In this document: positions 28,326-37,605 of the stretch, in pieces | How positions within the stretch are numbered: position 1 is the first letter of the stretch | Layout: every line of letters begins with the position of its first letter | Origin: an uncultured Ectothiorhodospiraceae bacterium | Lineage (GTDB): Bacteria; Pseudomonadota; Gammaproteobacteria; CAMYNG01 | Assembly: GCA_947259765.1 (NCBI GenBank) | Contig: CAMYNG010000003.1 | Span: 35,540 to 99,539, forward strand | Direction: 5' to 3' | Length of the DNA stretch: 64,000 nucleotides | Program-made: the position numbers and the translations under genes | The notes under the pieces: generated by a model | The model's input: only the letters and a program-made list of their open reading frames with translations | The model's database searches: none | Told to the model about the DNA's origin: nothing

Positions 28326-28664
28326 CTATTTCGCCAGCGTTTTTTGCGCATGCCATTGCTTGCGGAGTTCGTGAATATCGCGCATTTCGCCATTAACCTC
28401 ATAGTCAATGACTTTTAGCGCTATGCCATCGGCTTCGAGGCGCACCAGTTGGAGATTAAATACGATGGCGGGATTCCTGGATTCCGGCAGAACAGCCTTG
28501 AGTGTCTCGCCCGGCGACAAATCCGGTAGCGCTTCCAGCGCCACAAAAAAACCGCCATCGGCAATATTCCGGGTACGTCCGGTCATGGCCCCAAAAGCAG
28601 GGCTGTATAACCGTATCGCGGCATCCGTTGCGCGCCGTCTGTGCTTACGTCGCTCGTCGTGCAT
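28326..28664 (-). CDS. Single-domain PilZ protein (PilZ-2)
   Basis: RRKHRRR and NIADGG motifs, and the tail GIALKVIDYEV..IHELRKQW. Its ATG lies 3 nt after the acyltransferase stop codon. Confidence 0.75.
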   Translation of the reverse strand: MHDERRKHRRRATDAAIRLYSPAFGAMTGRTRNIADGGFFVALEALPDLSPGETLKAVLPESRNPAIVFNLQLVRLEADGIALKVIDYEVNGEMRDIHELRKQWHAQKTLAK

Positions 28665-28667
28665 GTA

Positions 28668-30152
28668 CTACTCGTCGTTACTGGAACTACTACTGCTGCT
28701 ACTACCGGCGCCAGGGCCGGTACCCGGTAGCGGTCCACCCGGAAAACCGCCGTGCACCAAATTAGCGTCCGCCTGCGGATTTGTTTTAGGCGCGTTGCCG
28801 GCCCCGACTCCCATTTTGCTTCGTGCCAGGCGCACCATGCTTGCCAACTCCCGTTCCAGACGCTTACGCCGAACCTCAAGGTAGGGTTTTAATTTGCGTT
28901 TGCGTAGAAACAGGAAAAAGACACGTAGGTTTTCCCAGATGCGATGACGCTCCCGCTTGAACATGATTGCCGCCGCAGCCGAAACTGGAAGCGAAAAAAT
29001 ATAGGCCGCTGTCGTTGCCACACTGAAGTACTGCGCCACCAAAACGATTTGTAGACCCCAGAAAATTATAAACAAGGCAAGGCCAAAAACCATTTTCGCA
29101 GTGTCGTACTGATCCGTTCCGCGCGCCAGCAGGCGTGCCAGATGCCGCGTAAGCACGTACGGCACGATCGAATTAAATATGCCCCACGCCGCCAGCGGCA
29201 ACAACAAGAAAAGAATGGAAATGCTGCGCAAGAGAAATCGAGTGACCACGGAGGTTTGATAGTGGATAGTCAGGTGATAGTCGCGGATATGCCAGTTGCG
29301 GCACAATCGTTCGAACTGAATCAGATGACGCCTGAGTTGCGCAAGCTGTTCCGGAGCCTGTTCTTTCAATTCTTCCAGACCCTCACAAACACGCTTCATT
29401 GTCTGAAAACGTAGCGCCATGCTCCGACGCCGATACTTGCCATGCCGCATGGCAATGAAGCGTTCCAAGCTCGATACCAGCTGGAGGTCAACCGTAGTGT
29501 CGACATTAATGGTGAGACGATACAGGTGTTCCTGAATTTTCTGTGTAAGCCGTTGCACCTCAGACGAATCATCGCCACCGACGAAATCATCGTAGTTGAT
29601 GGGATTCCCCACTTGTACAAACACCTGGCTACGAAACTTTCCCTTATGGGTGAAATTCAAACCCACCGGTATAACCAACGGCGACACGCCGTGTTGTTTG
29701 GCGCCCAGCACCATGCGCGCAGCACCCGTTTTAAATTCTCGCAAGGTGGGATCAGAGTGACTTTGTCCTTCTGGAAAGATCAGCACTATTTGCCCTGTAG
29801 CAAACAGGTCATAAATACGTGCAAACGCATCCTCATTGCTTGGTGCGACACCCTCAGAATCCTCGCGACGATACACCGGCACCGCCTGGATAAGCGACAA
29901 CACCGGCTTTAAAAACGGATTTTGAAACAGTCCACTACGCGCCAGGGGATGAACCGTTCGCCTGGACAAGGCCTGAATGACCACCGCATCCGCCAGCGCG
30001 TTGGTGTGATTGGCACACAGAAGTACCGGGCCCTGCGCAGGAAGCAGCCCCAGTCCATCTGCTTCGCATCGACTGTAGAAAACAGCGACGGTTGCGCGGC
30101 AAAACCAATGCCAGCTTTGCTGTAACACACCGTCTCGAGATGTCTCAGCCAC
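28668..30152 (-). CDS. PlsC-superfamily glycerolipid acyltransferase with C-terminal TM region
   Basis: Motif I variant CANHTNALAD, motif III IFPEGQSH, three or four TM helices after residue ~300, and a poly-Ser C-terminus. Confidence 0.75.
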   Translation of the reverse strand: MAETSRDGVLQQSWHWFCRATVAVFYSRCEADGLGLLPAQGPVLLCANHTNALADAVVIQALSRRTVHPLARSGLFQNPFLKPVLSLIQAVPVYRREDSEGVAPSNEDAFARIYDLFATGQIVLIFPEGQSHSDPTLREFKTGAARMVLGAKQHGVSPLVIPVGLNFTHKGKFRSQVFVQVGNPINYDDFVGGDDSSEVQRLTQKIQEHLYRLTINVDTTVDLQLVSSLERFIAMRHGKYRRRSMALRFQTMKRVCEGLEELKEQAPEQLAQLRRHLIQFERLCRNWHIRDYHLTIHYQTSVVTRFLLRSISILFLLLPLAAWGIFNSIVPYVLTRHLARLLARGTDQYDTAKMVFGLALFIIFWGLQIVLVAQYFSVATTAAYIFSLPVSAAAAIMFKRERHRIWENLRVFFLFLRKRKLKPYLEVRRKRLERELASMVRLARSKMGVGAGNAPKTNPQADANLVHGGFPGGPLPGTGPGAGSSSSSSSSNDE

Positions 30153-30226
30153 ATTCGTATTCCGCGCAGAAATCCAAAACCGGAAGGCTTTTAAAAATAT
30201 GTTGTGTCAGTATACAAACAGTGCGT

Positions 30227-30538
30227 TCATTCCGCGTCGTCATCGATAAATTGAAACATGACACATTCATCGGTGCTGCGAACAAACTTTATCGTATAGA
30301 GAAAATCAATATTCACCGGCCGCATGAGCATGGTGCCGGTTTCGCTGCAGTGATCGGCGGTTTTCGGATCGTTAAGGGCTACACAGACGCCGCCATCGGA
30401 TAAGTCTCGAATACATCCTTCCAGCGTACCAAAGCTGTCGTGGTAAAGCCGGACCTGGGAATCCAGCGAGATGCGTTTATGTACACGTCGTTCAACCATA
30501 ACCGGTACCTCGAACCAAGCCCGGACGTCATGCGACAT
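30227..30538 (-). CDS. Single-domain PilZ protein (PilZ-3)
   Basis: ERRVHKR and DLSDGG motifs. An alternative start lies at 30499. Confidence 0.7.
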   Translation of the reverse strand: MSHDVRAWFEVPVMVERRVHKRISLDSQVRLYHDSFGTLEGCIRDLSDGGVCVALNDPKTADHCSETGTMLMRPVNIDFLYTIKFVRSTDECVMFQFIDDDAE

Positions 30539-30589
30539 CCCCTACCATGAACAATCAGCGAAGCTGAATACGGACAAAATATTATACGC

Positions 30590-30901
30590 TCAACCTCCCG
30601 GCGGCCGGCGATAGATCTCAGCGGAGCACTCCTGGTGTTGTGCTGCGGGCGTTGTTTTTGCTTTATTGGAATGTGGCGAGACACAGGCGCCGCTTGCACA
30701 ACCGAATTTAGAATTGATATAAAAAAAGGTGGGTAACAACAGCGGGAACGAGGCCACCAGGATCCATTCCAGACCGCCGGTGAAATTCTCTGGTTCAAGC
30801 AACCAGATAGAGAACGACTGTCCCGAAAAGTAAAACAGTATGGCGAATAAAAACCACACCAGGTTTCTCTGCCAGCCGGTAATGGCACGAAACACGATCA
30901 T
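30590..30901 (-). CDS. Small membrane protein
   Basis: Two or three hydrophobic helices (LVWFLFAILFYF, LEWILVASFPLLLPTFFYI). The start is uncertain, with alternatives at 30961 and 31057 that would overlap the exonuclease gene. Confidence 0.45.
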   Translation of the reverse strand: MIVFRAITGWQRNLVWFLFAILFYFSGQSFSIWLLEPENFTGGLEWILVASFPLLLPTFFYINSKFGCASGACVSPHSNKAKTTPAAQHQECSAEIYRRPPGG

Positions 30902-30947
30902 AGTGTTTTTAAGTATAACCAGCGGCGAGTAAAACAAAAGCAAAAAA

Positions 30948-31613
30948 TTAGATCCCGGCATCCCGTTGCAGGGCGATGAGGCGGGAAACGGGCGTGTTTT
31001 CGCCGACCAACCGGCGCGCGAGACGGCAAAATATACGGCTTGTAGCCTCGGCATCACCCATGGCGGAATGCCGGTTTTTTATTTGCACATCACATGCCAC
31101 TGCGACTTCGTCAAGGGAATAGTGTCCCAAACGACCACTGAGACTGAGATACATCAACATGGTGTCAAGCAGGGGCGCCTGTAGCTGCCCACCCGTCATT
31201 GGCTTAAGCGCACGATTAAGGAACCGGACATCAAAGGCGATATGGTGTCCGACGACAACATCGTCGCCTACGAATTCCAGTACCTCGCCAATAACCTCGT
31301 TTATTGGCGGCGCATGCTGCACGTCTGCGTCGCTAATACCATGAATAGCGGTAGAGGTGGGTGGTATTTTTCGCCCAGGGTTGACCAATTGTGAGTACAC
31401 TCGACCGGTCGCCTCTAGCCCTGAAAGCTCAAGCATGGCAATGGACACAATTTCATCGCCCGCATAGGCGCGAAAACCTGTTGTCTCGGTATCCAACACG
31501 ACAAAACGGGTCTGGGCGACCGGTCGCTTCAGACGTCGGCGTCGTGCAATCGTCTCCGCATTTCTTAACTGCGCCAGTTTTAGACGTAACTTGTCCAACA
31601 CTGAGGAAAACAC
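30948..31613 (-). CDS. DEDDh 3'-5' exonuclease (DnaQ/epsilon-like)
   Basis: Exo I VVLDTETTG, Exo II VVVGHHIAFDVRFL and Exo III HSAMGDA. Confidence 0.85.
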   Translation of the reverse strand: MFSSVLDKLRLKLAQLRNAETIARRRRLKRPVAQTRFVVLDTETTGFRAYAGDEIVSIAMLELSGLEATGRVYSQLVNPGRKIPPTSTAIHGISDADVQHAPPINEVIGEVLEFVGDDVVVGHHIAFDVRFLNRALKPMTGGQLQAPLLDTMLMYLSLSGRLGHYSLDEVAVACDVQIKNRHSAMGDAEATSRIFCRLARRLVGENTPVSRLIALQRDAGI

Positions 31614-31635
31614 GTCTGTCTTGTACCTTTTTTAA

Positions 31636-33507
31636 CTAGAGTGCTTCACGACCGAAACGGCCCTGCAGTACATCCTGAAAACGTTTTATTGCACGCATGG
31701 CCATACGCAAAGTGGATCGCACTTCGGCCGAAAGCGTTTCCGGGTCCAGCAGGTTGTTGACCTCCTGGCCGTGTTCAAGCTGGCCTAGCTGATGGGCAAG
31801 CAACAAGTCCAAAATTTCCTCAAATGCGAGGCTCACTGACGCGACCAATTCAATATCCAAAACGCCCTGGCGCACGAGTGCATTGAGTCGATCTAGCGTA
31901 TTACCGGCGCTTATTCCTTCGGCAAGCGAAAAGATCCGCGCCGCGTCACATACGATCCGCAAGCCGTTTCGTTTAAGATCAATCTTGCCTTTCCGTAATT
32001 CATCCTCGGCCGTGACCAGGCGGTTGAAAAAGCCAAGGGCAGGACGACCTTCGGCATCCTGTTCTGCCATAAATTCGAGTATTCGTGGCTTGTGTTTAAT
32101 TTTTTCAAGCAAAAAGTAGCGTAGCGATTCCGAGAGCTGTGCATCTCCTACTAACGGCGCAAAGTCAAAAACGATACTGGACCAGCGGGCCGCCTTCTCG
32201 TTGGGATGTTCGACCAAATAACTGATTTGTTCGCGCCACTGACGGCTTGTTTTTCGAAAGCGCGGATTGCGTGCCATGATGTCGCCCGGGCACAGCGGGT
32301 ATCCGATCCGATCCAGGTTAAGATTTAATTCCTCGCTGAAAGACTCGAACCATTGTGACTCTTCCGTCCGTAACGGACCGGCCTGATCTTCGATTATAAT
32401 TCCGTTATCTTGATCCGGGCCCAATAGCATTTCGCCACGCCCGCCGGACCCCATGATCAGCAAGGTAAATGCTCGCGGTGCCTGGCCACGACCTTCTGCA
32501 ACCCGTCTCGCTTCGGTCAGTTCAGCGCAGCGTCGTTGCAAGGCAAGATGCAGTTCGCTTATCACACGTACAGCCTGTGTCGCCCGGCGATGACTTTCCC
32601 AGATCTCGCGTACGGCACCCGGAAGTTCGTCATGCAATTGTTTCAATTTTTCAACCGAATCCGCCTCACGAATGTCGGTTAACAGGATGCTTCGCTGCAC
32701 GCTGAAAGCACGCAGAATATCGGCTTTGGAAATAATACCCAGAGGTTGATTGCCGTCTACAACGATCAGATATTTTAGATGCTTATTGATTTGCAACTCA
32801 TCGGCCTGCCACAACGGCAAGCCTGCAGGCACCTTGACCGGCGTTTCGAGAATCGCGGTGTCGATTGGCTGATCAGCGGTGGCAGGATGTTCAAGCAGTG
32901 CTTTCGCCAAACTGGCATAAGTTAACACTCCGAGAAGATGACCGTCGGAGTCAAGCACACCAAGGCTACCAATATTGCCGTGTTGCATACGCGTAAAGGC
33001 GCTACGCAAACTATCGGTTTCTACGCAGCTAATCAGTGGCGCCTTCATGACAGAGCTAACCGGCTTACCCAGCGAACCACTAATTCGGTGCCGCAGACGA
33101 CTTCGGTTTCGTAACCGGTTACTGATGATTCGATTCAGGGTTGTCGAAAGATCGGGATGCTCTGTCTCAAGACGACCGAGTGTCGCGTCAGACAATTCCA
33201 GCACCGTGGAATCTCCCAGGCTGGTTACCGTGGAGGTATATGCCTCTTGGTCCAAATAGTTGGACAAGCCCAGAATCGCACCGGGTCCCTGGCGTCGCAC
33301 ACTTCCGTCAGCGCGTAACATTTCCATCTCGCCAGTGTAAATAATGTATATGGCCTGCTTGTAGGGCTCACTGGCCGCAAACAATTGCACGCCGTCGTGC
33401 AACTGCGACACCCCGGCCTGCTCCGCAATTGCCTGGACTGTTTCCGGCCGAAGAGCGGCAAAGGTATGTGTATCCGCCAGATGTTTTGCGTCAATGGTTA
33501 CAGTCAC
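31636..33507 (-). CDS. cNMP-binding, CBS-pair and DUF294 putative nucleotidyltransferase protein
   Basis: N-terminal CAP_ED unit, two CBS units, and LLIMGSGGRGEMLLGPDQDNGIII (the nucleotidyltransferase G-S-x-G-R..DxD motif) followed by the DUF294 C-terminal region. Confidence 0.85.
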   Translation of the reverse strand: MTVTIDAKHLADTHTFAALRPETVQAIAEQAGVSQLHDGVQLFAASEPYKQAIYIIYTGEMEMLRADGSVRRQGPGAILGLSNYLDQEAYTSTVTSLGDSTVLELSDATLGRLETEHPDLSTTLNRIISNRLRNRSRLRHRISGSLGKPVSSVMKAPLISCVETDSLRSAFTRMQHGNIGSLGVLDSDGHLLGVLTYASLAKALLEHPATADQPIDTAILETPVKVPAGLPLWQADELQINKHLKYLIVVDGNQPLGIISKADILRAFSVQRSILLTDIREADSVEKLKQLHDELPGAVREIWESHRRATQAVRVISELHLALQRRCAELTEARRVAEGRGQAPRAFTLLIMGSGGRGEMLLGPDQDNGIIIEDQAGPLRTEESQWFESFSEELNLNLDRIGYPLCPGDIMARNPRFRKTSRQWREQISYLVEHPNEKAARWSSIVFDFAPLVGDAQLSESLRYFLLEKIKHKPRILEFMAEQDAEGRPALGFFNRLVTAEDELRKGKIDLKRNGLRIVCDAARIFSLAEGISAGNTLDRLNALVRQGVLDIELVASVSLAFEEILDLLLAHQLGQLEHGQEVNNLLDPETLSAEVRSTLRMAMRAIKRFQDVLQGRFGREAL

Positions 33508-33758
33508 CGCATGCCACCCGCTACATCAAAGGCATGCAAACGCTTTCTGCATGACCGGAAATACCTCTGCTGAGCGCAAATTCGTTTTCGTCTGGCTGTT
33601 AAATTCATTGGCAATAAAGTTTTCCAGCTGACGGTTAAGGCAGCGTCTATTATTAATAGTAAGTTTATCTGCTCATACCGATTTGTCTTCCCAACCCGCT
33701 TTTCTGTTTGGTTATCGACACTGACCCGACTGGCGGTTTCCTTAAAAACGGAGTGTCT

Positions 33759-34166
33759 ATGTGGCCCATCCCTGACCGTCCACTGCCCGTGGAACTTCTG
33801 GAAGTGCTTGAAACAGCGGCACAGCTAGAACTTACCGAGTTCGAATTGTTCCGCAATGCGTTTTGTCACTGGTTCGGCACGCTACCCGGTGACCGGGATG
33901 TGGAACCGTTTTTCGTCGCCTATATGTTTCACCAACATGTGCCACATTGGGTCCGCGAGTACATACGCTTTTTGCAGCGGGAAACGGCACAGGGTGTGCA
34001 ATGGTTACCGTTGAGTCAGTCACAGGCAGACTTGCGGGTGCACAGACGCACCTGGTGGCCACTAATCGGCATTATCGCCGCCATAGCAAGCATCGCATTA
34101 CTGGCTGCCAGTCATACTGAGTTGTTAGAAAGCATGCAACAATGCTATTTTCCACCGTGTTACTGA
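33759..34166 (+). CDS. Hypothetical protein with C-terminal TM helix
   Basis: The ATG at 33759 is preceded by GGAG. I recognise no family. Confidence 0.45.
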   Translation: MWPIPDRPLPVELLEVLETAAQLELTEFELFRNAFCHWFGTLPGDRDVEPFFVAYMFHQHVPHWVREYIRFLQRETAQGVQWLPLSQSQADLRVHRRTWWPLIGIIAAIASIALLAASHTELLESMQQCYFPPCY

Positions 34167-34184
34167 TCACTCACAGGTATACCG

Positions 34185-34349
34185 CGTGCTGGATTGGCTG
34201 TTCGTACTTATCACGGGTGTTGTTGCCTGGCACGGGCTGACATTTCGAACCGAAGACGGTGAAACCGAAATTGGCCACCTGCTGTTTGGCGCCATCGCCC
34301 TGCTCTTCTGTGTCCGTGTATTCCTGGTCGATATTCTCGAGCTTATCTG
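34185..34349 (+). CDS. Candidate unlisted small membrane protein (54 aa)
   Basis: GTG..TGA ORF below the 60-aa track cutoff. The product VLDWLFVLITGVVAWHGLTFRTEDGETEIGHLLFGAIALLFCVRVFLVDILELI forms two clean hydrophobic helices. Confidence 0.35.
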
Positions 34350-34354
34350 ACGGT

Positions 34355-34933
34355 TTATTTTTTATAGGGTCGCTGCTGCTCGTCCAGTTCAGGTACCTGT
34401 AAAACGCGTTCGGACTCGGGTTTCGCAAGCTGCACACGCAGGTAACGGGCGCGGTCGGCAATTGTTGGTGGCTTTTCGGCCTGCATACGCAGAAATCGTG
34501 TAAGCCAGTTTGGACCCTCGCCCATTTCCGGATCCAGACTCAGCGCCATTTCATAGTCCACAACCGCCTTGTCATAGCTGCCCATGCGGTCGTACACGAT
34601 ACCCCGATTGGCGTAACTCGCCGCGAATCCCGGATCTCGCTCGATTACCAAATTGAATTTCTCCAGCGCCTCAGCGTTGCGTCCCAATTGGGACAAACTC
34701 CGCGCTTGTCCACGCATCGCATCAATTAAGTCACCATTCTCCGCATGGGCCCGCTCATATTCAACAAGTGCGGAATCGTAGTCAGCGTCTTCAAAAAAGC
34801 GGTTTGCCGCATGGTAACGTGTTTCACCGGCAACACGGTCACGAAAAAAACTTTCGTATACAGACCAACCAACCCAGGCAATCGTCAAGATAATGGCAAC
34901 CCCGAGCAGGGTTTGATACACACGCCTATCCAC
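34355..34933 (-). CDS. Membrane-anchored TPR protein
   Basis: The GTG at 34933 gives VDRRVYQ plus a TM helix, then three TPR repeats. It overlaps the upstream small gene by 8 nt. Confidence 0.65.
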   Translation of the reverse strand: MDRRVYQTLLGVAIILTIAWVGWSVYESFFRDRVAGETRYHAANRFFEDADYDSALVEYERAHAENGDLIDAMRGQARSLSQLGRNAEALEKFNLVIERDPGFAASYANRGIVYDRMGSYDKAVVDYEMALSLDPEMGEGPNWLTRFLRMQAEKPPTIADRARYLRVQLAKPESERVLQVPELDEQQRPYKK

Positions 34934-35159
34934 TTTGTGGCCAACCCAGCAAATTGAGATTGAACAAAAAGGAAAACAACAGGCTGGCAAATACAGCAAT
35001 AAACCGGGCGCGCACGAGTTGTCCCTGTGCCTCTGCTGTATCGAGTTCGCGCCCGGTCCTGCGCTGCAAGCGCCTGACACTAAGAACCCAGATCATTTTG
35101 CTAACGGGAAAAAAAAGCAGCGCGGCGAGTACCACAATGGATAACGTAAAATAAAGCAT
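34926..35159 (-). CDS. Small two-TM membrane protein (77 aa)
   Basis: Two hydrophobic helices flank a basic loop. The gene is translationally coupled to the TPR gene. Confidence 0.5.
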   Translation of the reverse strand: MLYFTLSIVVLAALLFFPVSKMIWVLSVRRLQRRTGRELDTAEAQGQLVRARFIAVFASLLFSFLFNLNLLGWPQSG

Positions 35160-35231
35160 AACGATACTTTACGTGGAAAATTTCACAGAGTGAATAGCCG
35201 ATACTGCGGTAGTAGTTTCTTTAGCGTACCC

Positions 35232-35265
35232 AAAAAAACATCGGGGAAAGGCGAAACCTTTCCCC
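35232..35265 (-). terminator. Rho-independent terminator after the symporter gene
   Basis: Minus-strand GGGGAAAGG-tttcg-CCTTTCCCC followed by gatgTTTTTTT. Confidence 0.75.
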
Positions 35266-35296
35266 AATGCTGGATAGATCAATTATATTTTAAGAA

Positions 35297-37246
35297 TCAG
35301 GGTTTATCGAGATCCAGGTGCACGTCGCCGATGTCTTCCTGCAACGCCTGAACTTCTTTGTCAGGCACGGTCGACATTTGCATTTTGTACGCCAGGAACC
35401 ACATCATGCCCACACCCAGTGCCCACCACAGCAATTGCCAGGCCCAAATCGACGGCATGCCGAAGGTCCAGGTCGTAGCATCATTCGGCGAACCGAAAAT
35501 AGTATTGCCGATCACCGCGCCCGGCCCTATACCGAAGAAGAACCACACCAGAGTAATGATCCAGGCCACCGGAACCAGACCTTTTTTGCTCGCCGGTAAA
35601 CTCGCATGTTCACGCAAGAACTTGTGGAACGTCATGCGATGTTCCCTATCCGCCGTGTTTTGTGTGAAATTGGAAACGACCAGGGCAATACCGAAGTTAA
35701 ACAGAATACCCCAACCCGCCGAGTGAATGGTCAACGGCCAGCGCCCCCACGGCATGAACTGTGCGCCGATTTTTTCAGTCAAGGTGACGGCAATTAATCC
35801 CGCGATCAAACCCAGCACTACTCCGGCGCGCGTCAGGTATGGCCACCAGCAAACTGCGATCAGCGCCGGCCACATCTGGAAACCATAGGCAACGGCGAGC
35901 CCGCCAAGTAACACCAGCGCATCCGTCGCCGTCGTGGCCACCAACAACGCGGCCAGCACGATTAGAACAACACCAATTCGACCCCAAAGTTTCTGCACAC
36001 TGTGCGAGGCGGTTGGAAGAATGAAACGTTTGAGGACGTCCCGAGTCAGCATGCCGCCAGCGGTGGACATATACGCCGCACCTGTCGATTGCATCGCCGC
36101 CAGTGCACAGACCGACAACAGTCCCACCAACCAGGGTGCAGCATCGGCCATCAGGTGGATCAATTGAGGCACCAACATGCCTTGCTTGCCGGCTGAGTCC
36201 ATCAGATCCTTGCCACCGAGTCCGGCACCCATGACGTTATTGACCATATCAGGGTGCGCCGCGGCAAAAGCCGTGTCCGCACCGAGTAAGTGTCCTCCCA
36301 AGCCCTGCATGGCGGTAAAGGTCATCAGAATAAAGCCAATGCCGAAACTCGAAGCCCAGACCTGCTGCGGCGCAAACGGCTTGGGACTGTGATTGGAAAA
36401 CGCCCACATGGAAAATGCCGGCGCAGACTGGATCCCCATTAGAGCAAACATATAGGTGAGGATCATAATGCCGGTCCAGGCACCCCCGGTTGCCGACGGT
36501 CCGTTACTCACCATCTGAATAACACCCGGTATTGCAATATAGTGGCTATAACCATCGGGTGTTCGCTTTTGGTCAAACTGCGCGAGCGCGGCAATCCCGT
36601 CGTTCAACCGTTCCCAGCCGCCGACAAAATTTACCGCAATTATGCCGATCGCAACAATACCCAGCGCAAGAAGAACTGCCTGCATCGTGTCAACATAGGC
36701 CACGGCACGTAAGCCACCTGAAGCGACATAAATGATAACGACCAACGAAAGCAGCCACATACCCACTTCAACACCAAGTAAACCATCGGTTAAAACGTTA
36801 AACAGAAATCCGGAGGCACGCAATTGCAAACCGAGATAAGGTATAGAAAATATCAGCGCCACCAACACCACCAATAGACGTATGGCGTCCGACTTAAAGT
36901 AAGTCGACAACATCTCACCCGGGGTAACGAAACCAAAGCGCTTGCCCAGTATCCATTGACGCTTCAGAAAGATAACACCGGTAAACGGTATGGTGATGGC
37001 GTAGAACGAAGCGTAGGCGTACTGAAAGCCATCACGATACAACAAACCCGGGTGGCCCATGAACGTCCAGCCGGAAAACGAAGTAGCCGTTGCGGCAAGA
37101 ACGAAGACCCACAGGGATATTTTACGTCCGGCGATAAAATAATCGCTGGCGGTACGGGCCGACATTGCGCCCTTGATTCCCCAGAAAATGCAGTAGCTCC
37201 AATAGAGCGCAACGAAAATAAACAACCAGACAATTTTCGCATCCAT
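35297..37246 (-). CDS. Sodium:solute symporter family (SSF) transporter
   Basis: 649 aa with about 14 TM segments. The N-terminal DYFIAGRKISLWVFVLAATATSFSGWTFMG is typical of SSF. Confidence 0.85.
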   Translation of the reverse strand: MDAKIVWLFIFVALYWSYCIFWGIKGAMSARTASDYFIAGRKISLWVFVLAATATSFSGWTFMGHPGLLYRDGFQYAYASFYAITIPFTGVIFLKRQWILGKRFGFVTPGEMLSTYFKSDAIRLLVVLVALIFSIPYLGLQLRASGFLFNVLTDGLLGVEVGMWLLSLVVIIYVASGGLRAVAYVDTMQAVLLALGIVAIGIIAVNFVGGWERLNDGIAALAQFDQKRTPDGYSHYIAIPGVIQMVSNGPSATGGAWTGIMILTYMFALMGIQSAPAFSMWAFSNHSPKPFAPQQVWASSFGIGFILMTFTAMQGLGGHLLGADTAFAAAHPDMVNNVMGAGLGGKDLMDSAGKQGMLVPQLIHLMADAAPWLVGLLSVCALAAMQSTGAAYMSTAGGMLTRDVLKRFILPTASHSVQKLWGRIGVVLIVLAALLVATTATDALVLLGGLAVAYGFQMWPALIAVCWWPYLTRAGVVLGLIAGLIAVTLTEKIGAQFMPWGRWPLTIHSAGWGILFNFGIALVVSNFTQNTADREHRMTFHKFLREHASLPASKKGLVPVAWIITLVWFFFGIGPGAVIGNTIFGSPNDATTWTFGMPSIWAWQLLWWALGVGMMWFLAYKMQMSTVPDKEVQALQEDIGDVHLDLDKP

Positions 37247-37605
37247 TAACGGCCCCCTTTATATGGTGTTGTTAGTATTCCGATTCAGGACGCATCCAAT
37301 GCGCGCGCAACTTCCAATACGCGGAACAAGTGGCGTGTGTTAAACCACAGCCTTGGTCATCAAATCATATTCAACCTATCAAAACAAACGATAATTCGAT
37401 AAGACTTTTGTATATTAAAATATTAAAAATTGTTGATTTAATTATTTATAAAATGCCGACGAGTGCGTTTGCACGCACTTCAGCCTACGCCGCTCTGGAC
37501 AAGCGAACCGGGTTTAAATACGGTTGCAGGTGTTGTGCAAAAGCAAGACGCGCGGAATCCACTAAAACTATAATAAACCTGAAACATTTCACCCAAGGAG
37601 TACAC

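Noticed and set aside
37330-37605. N-terminal 92-codon extension of the DUF805 ORF, starting from the GTG at 37330.
   Set aside because: The extension runs through an AT-rich promoter-like region. A strong AAGGAG Shine-Dalgarno sequence precedes the ATG at 37606, and the DUF805 homology starts there.
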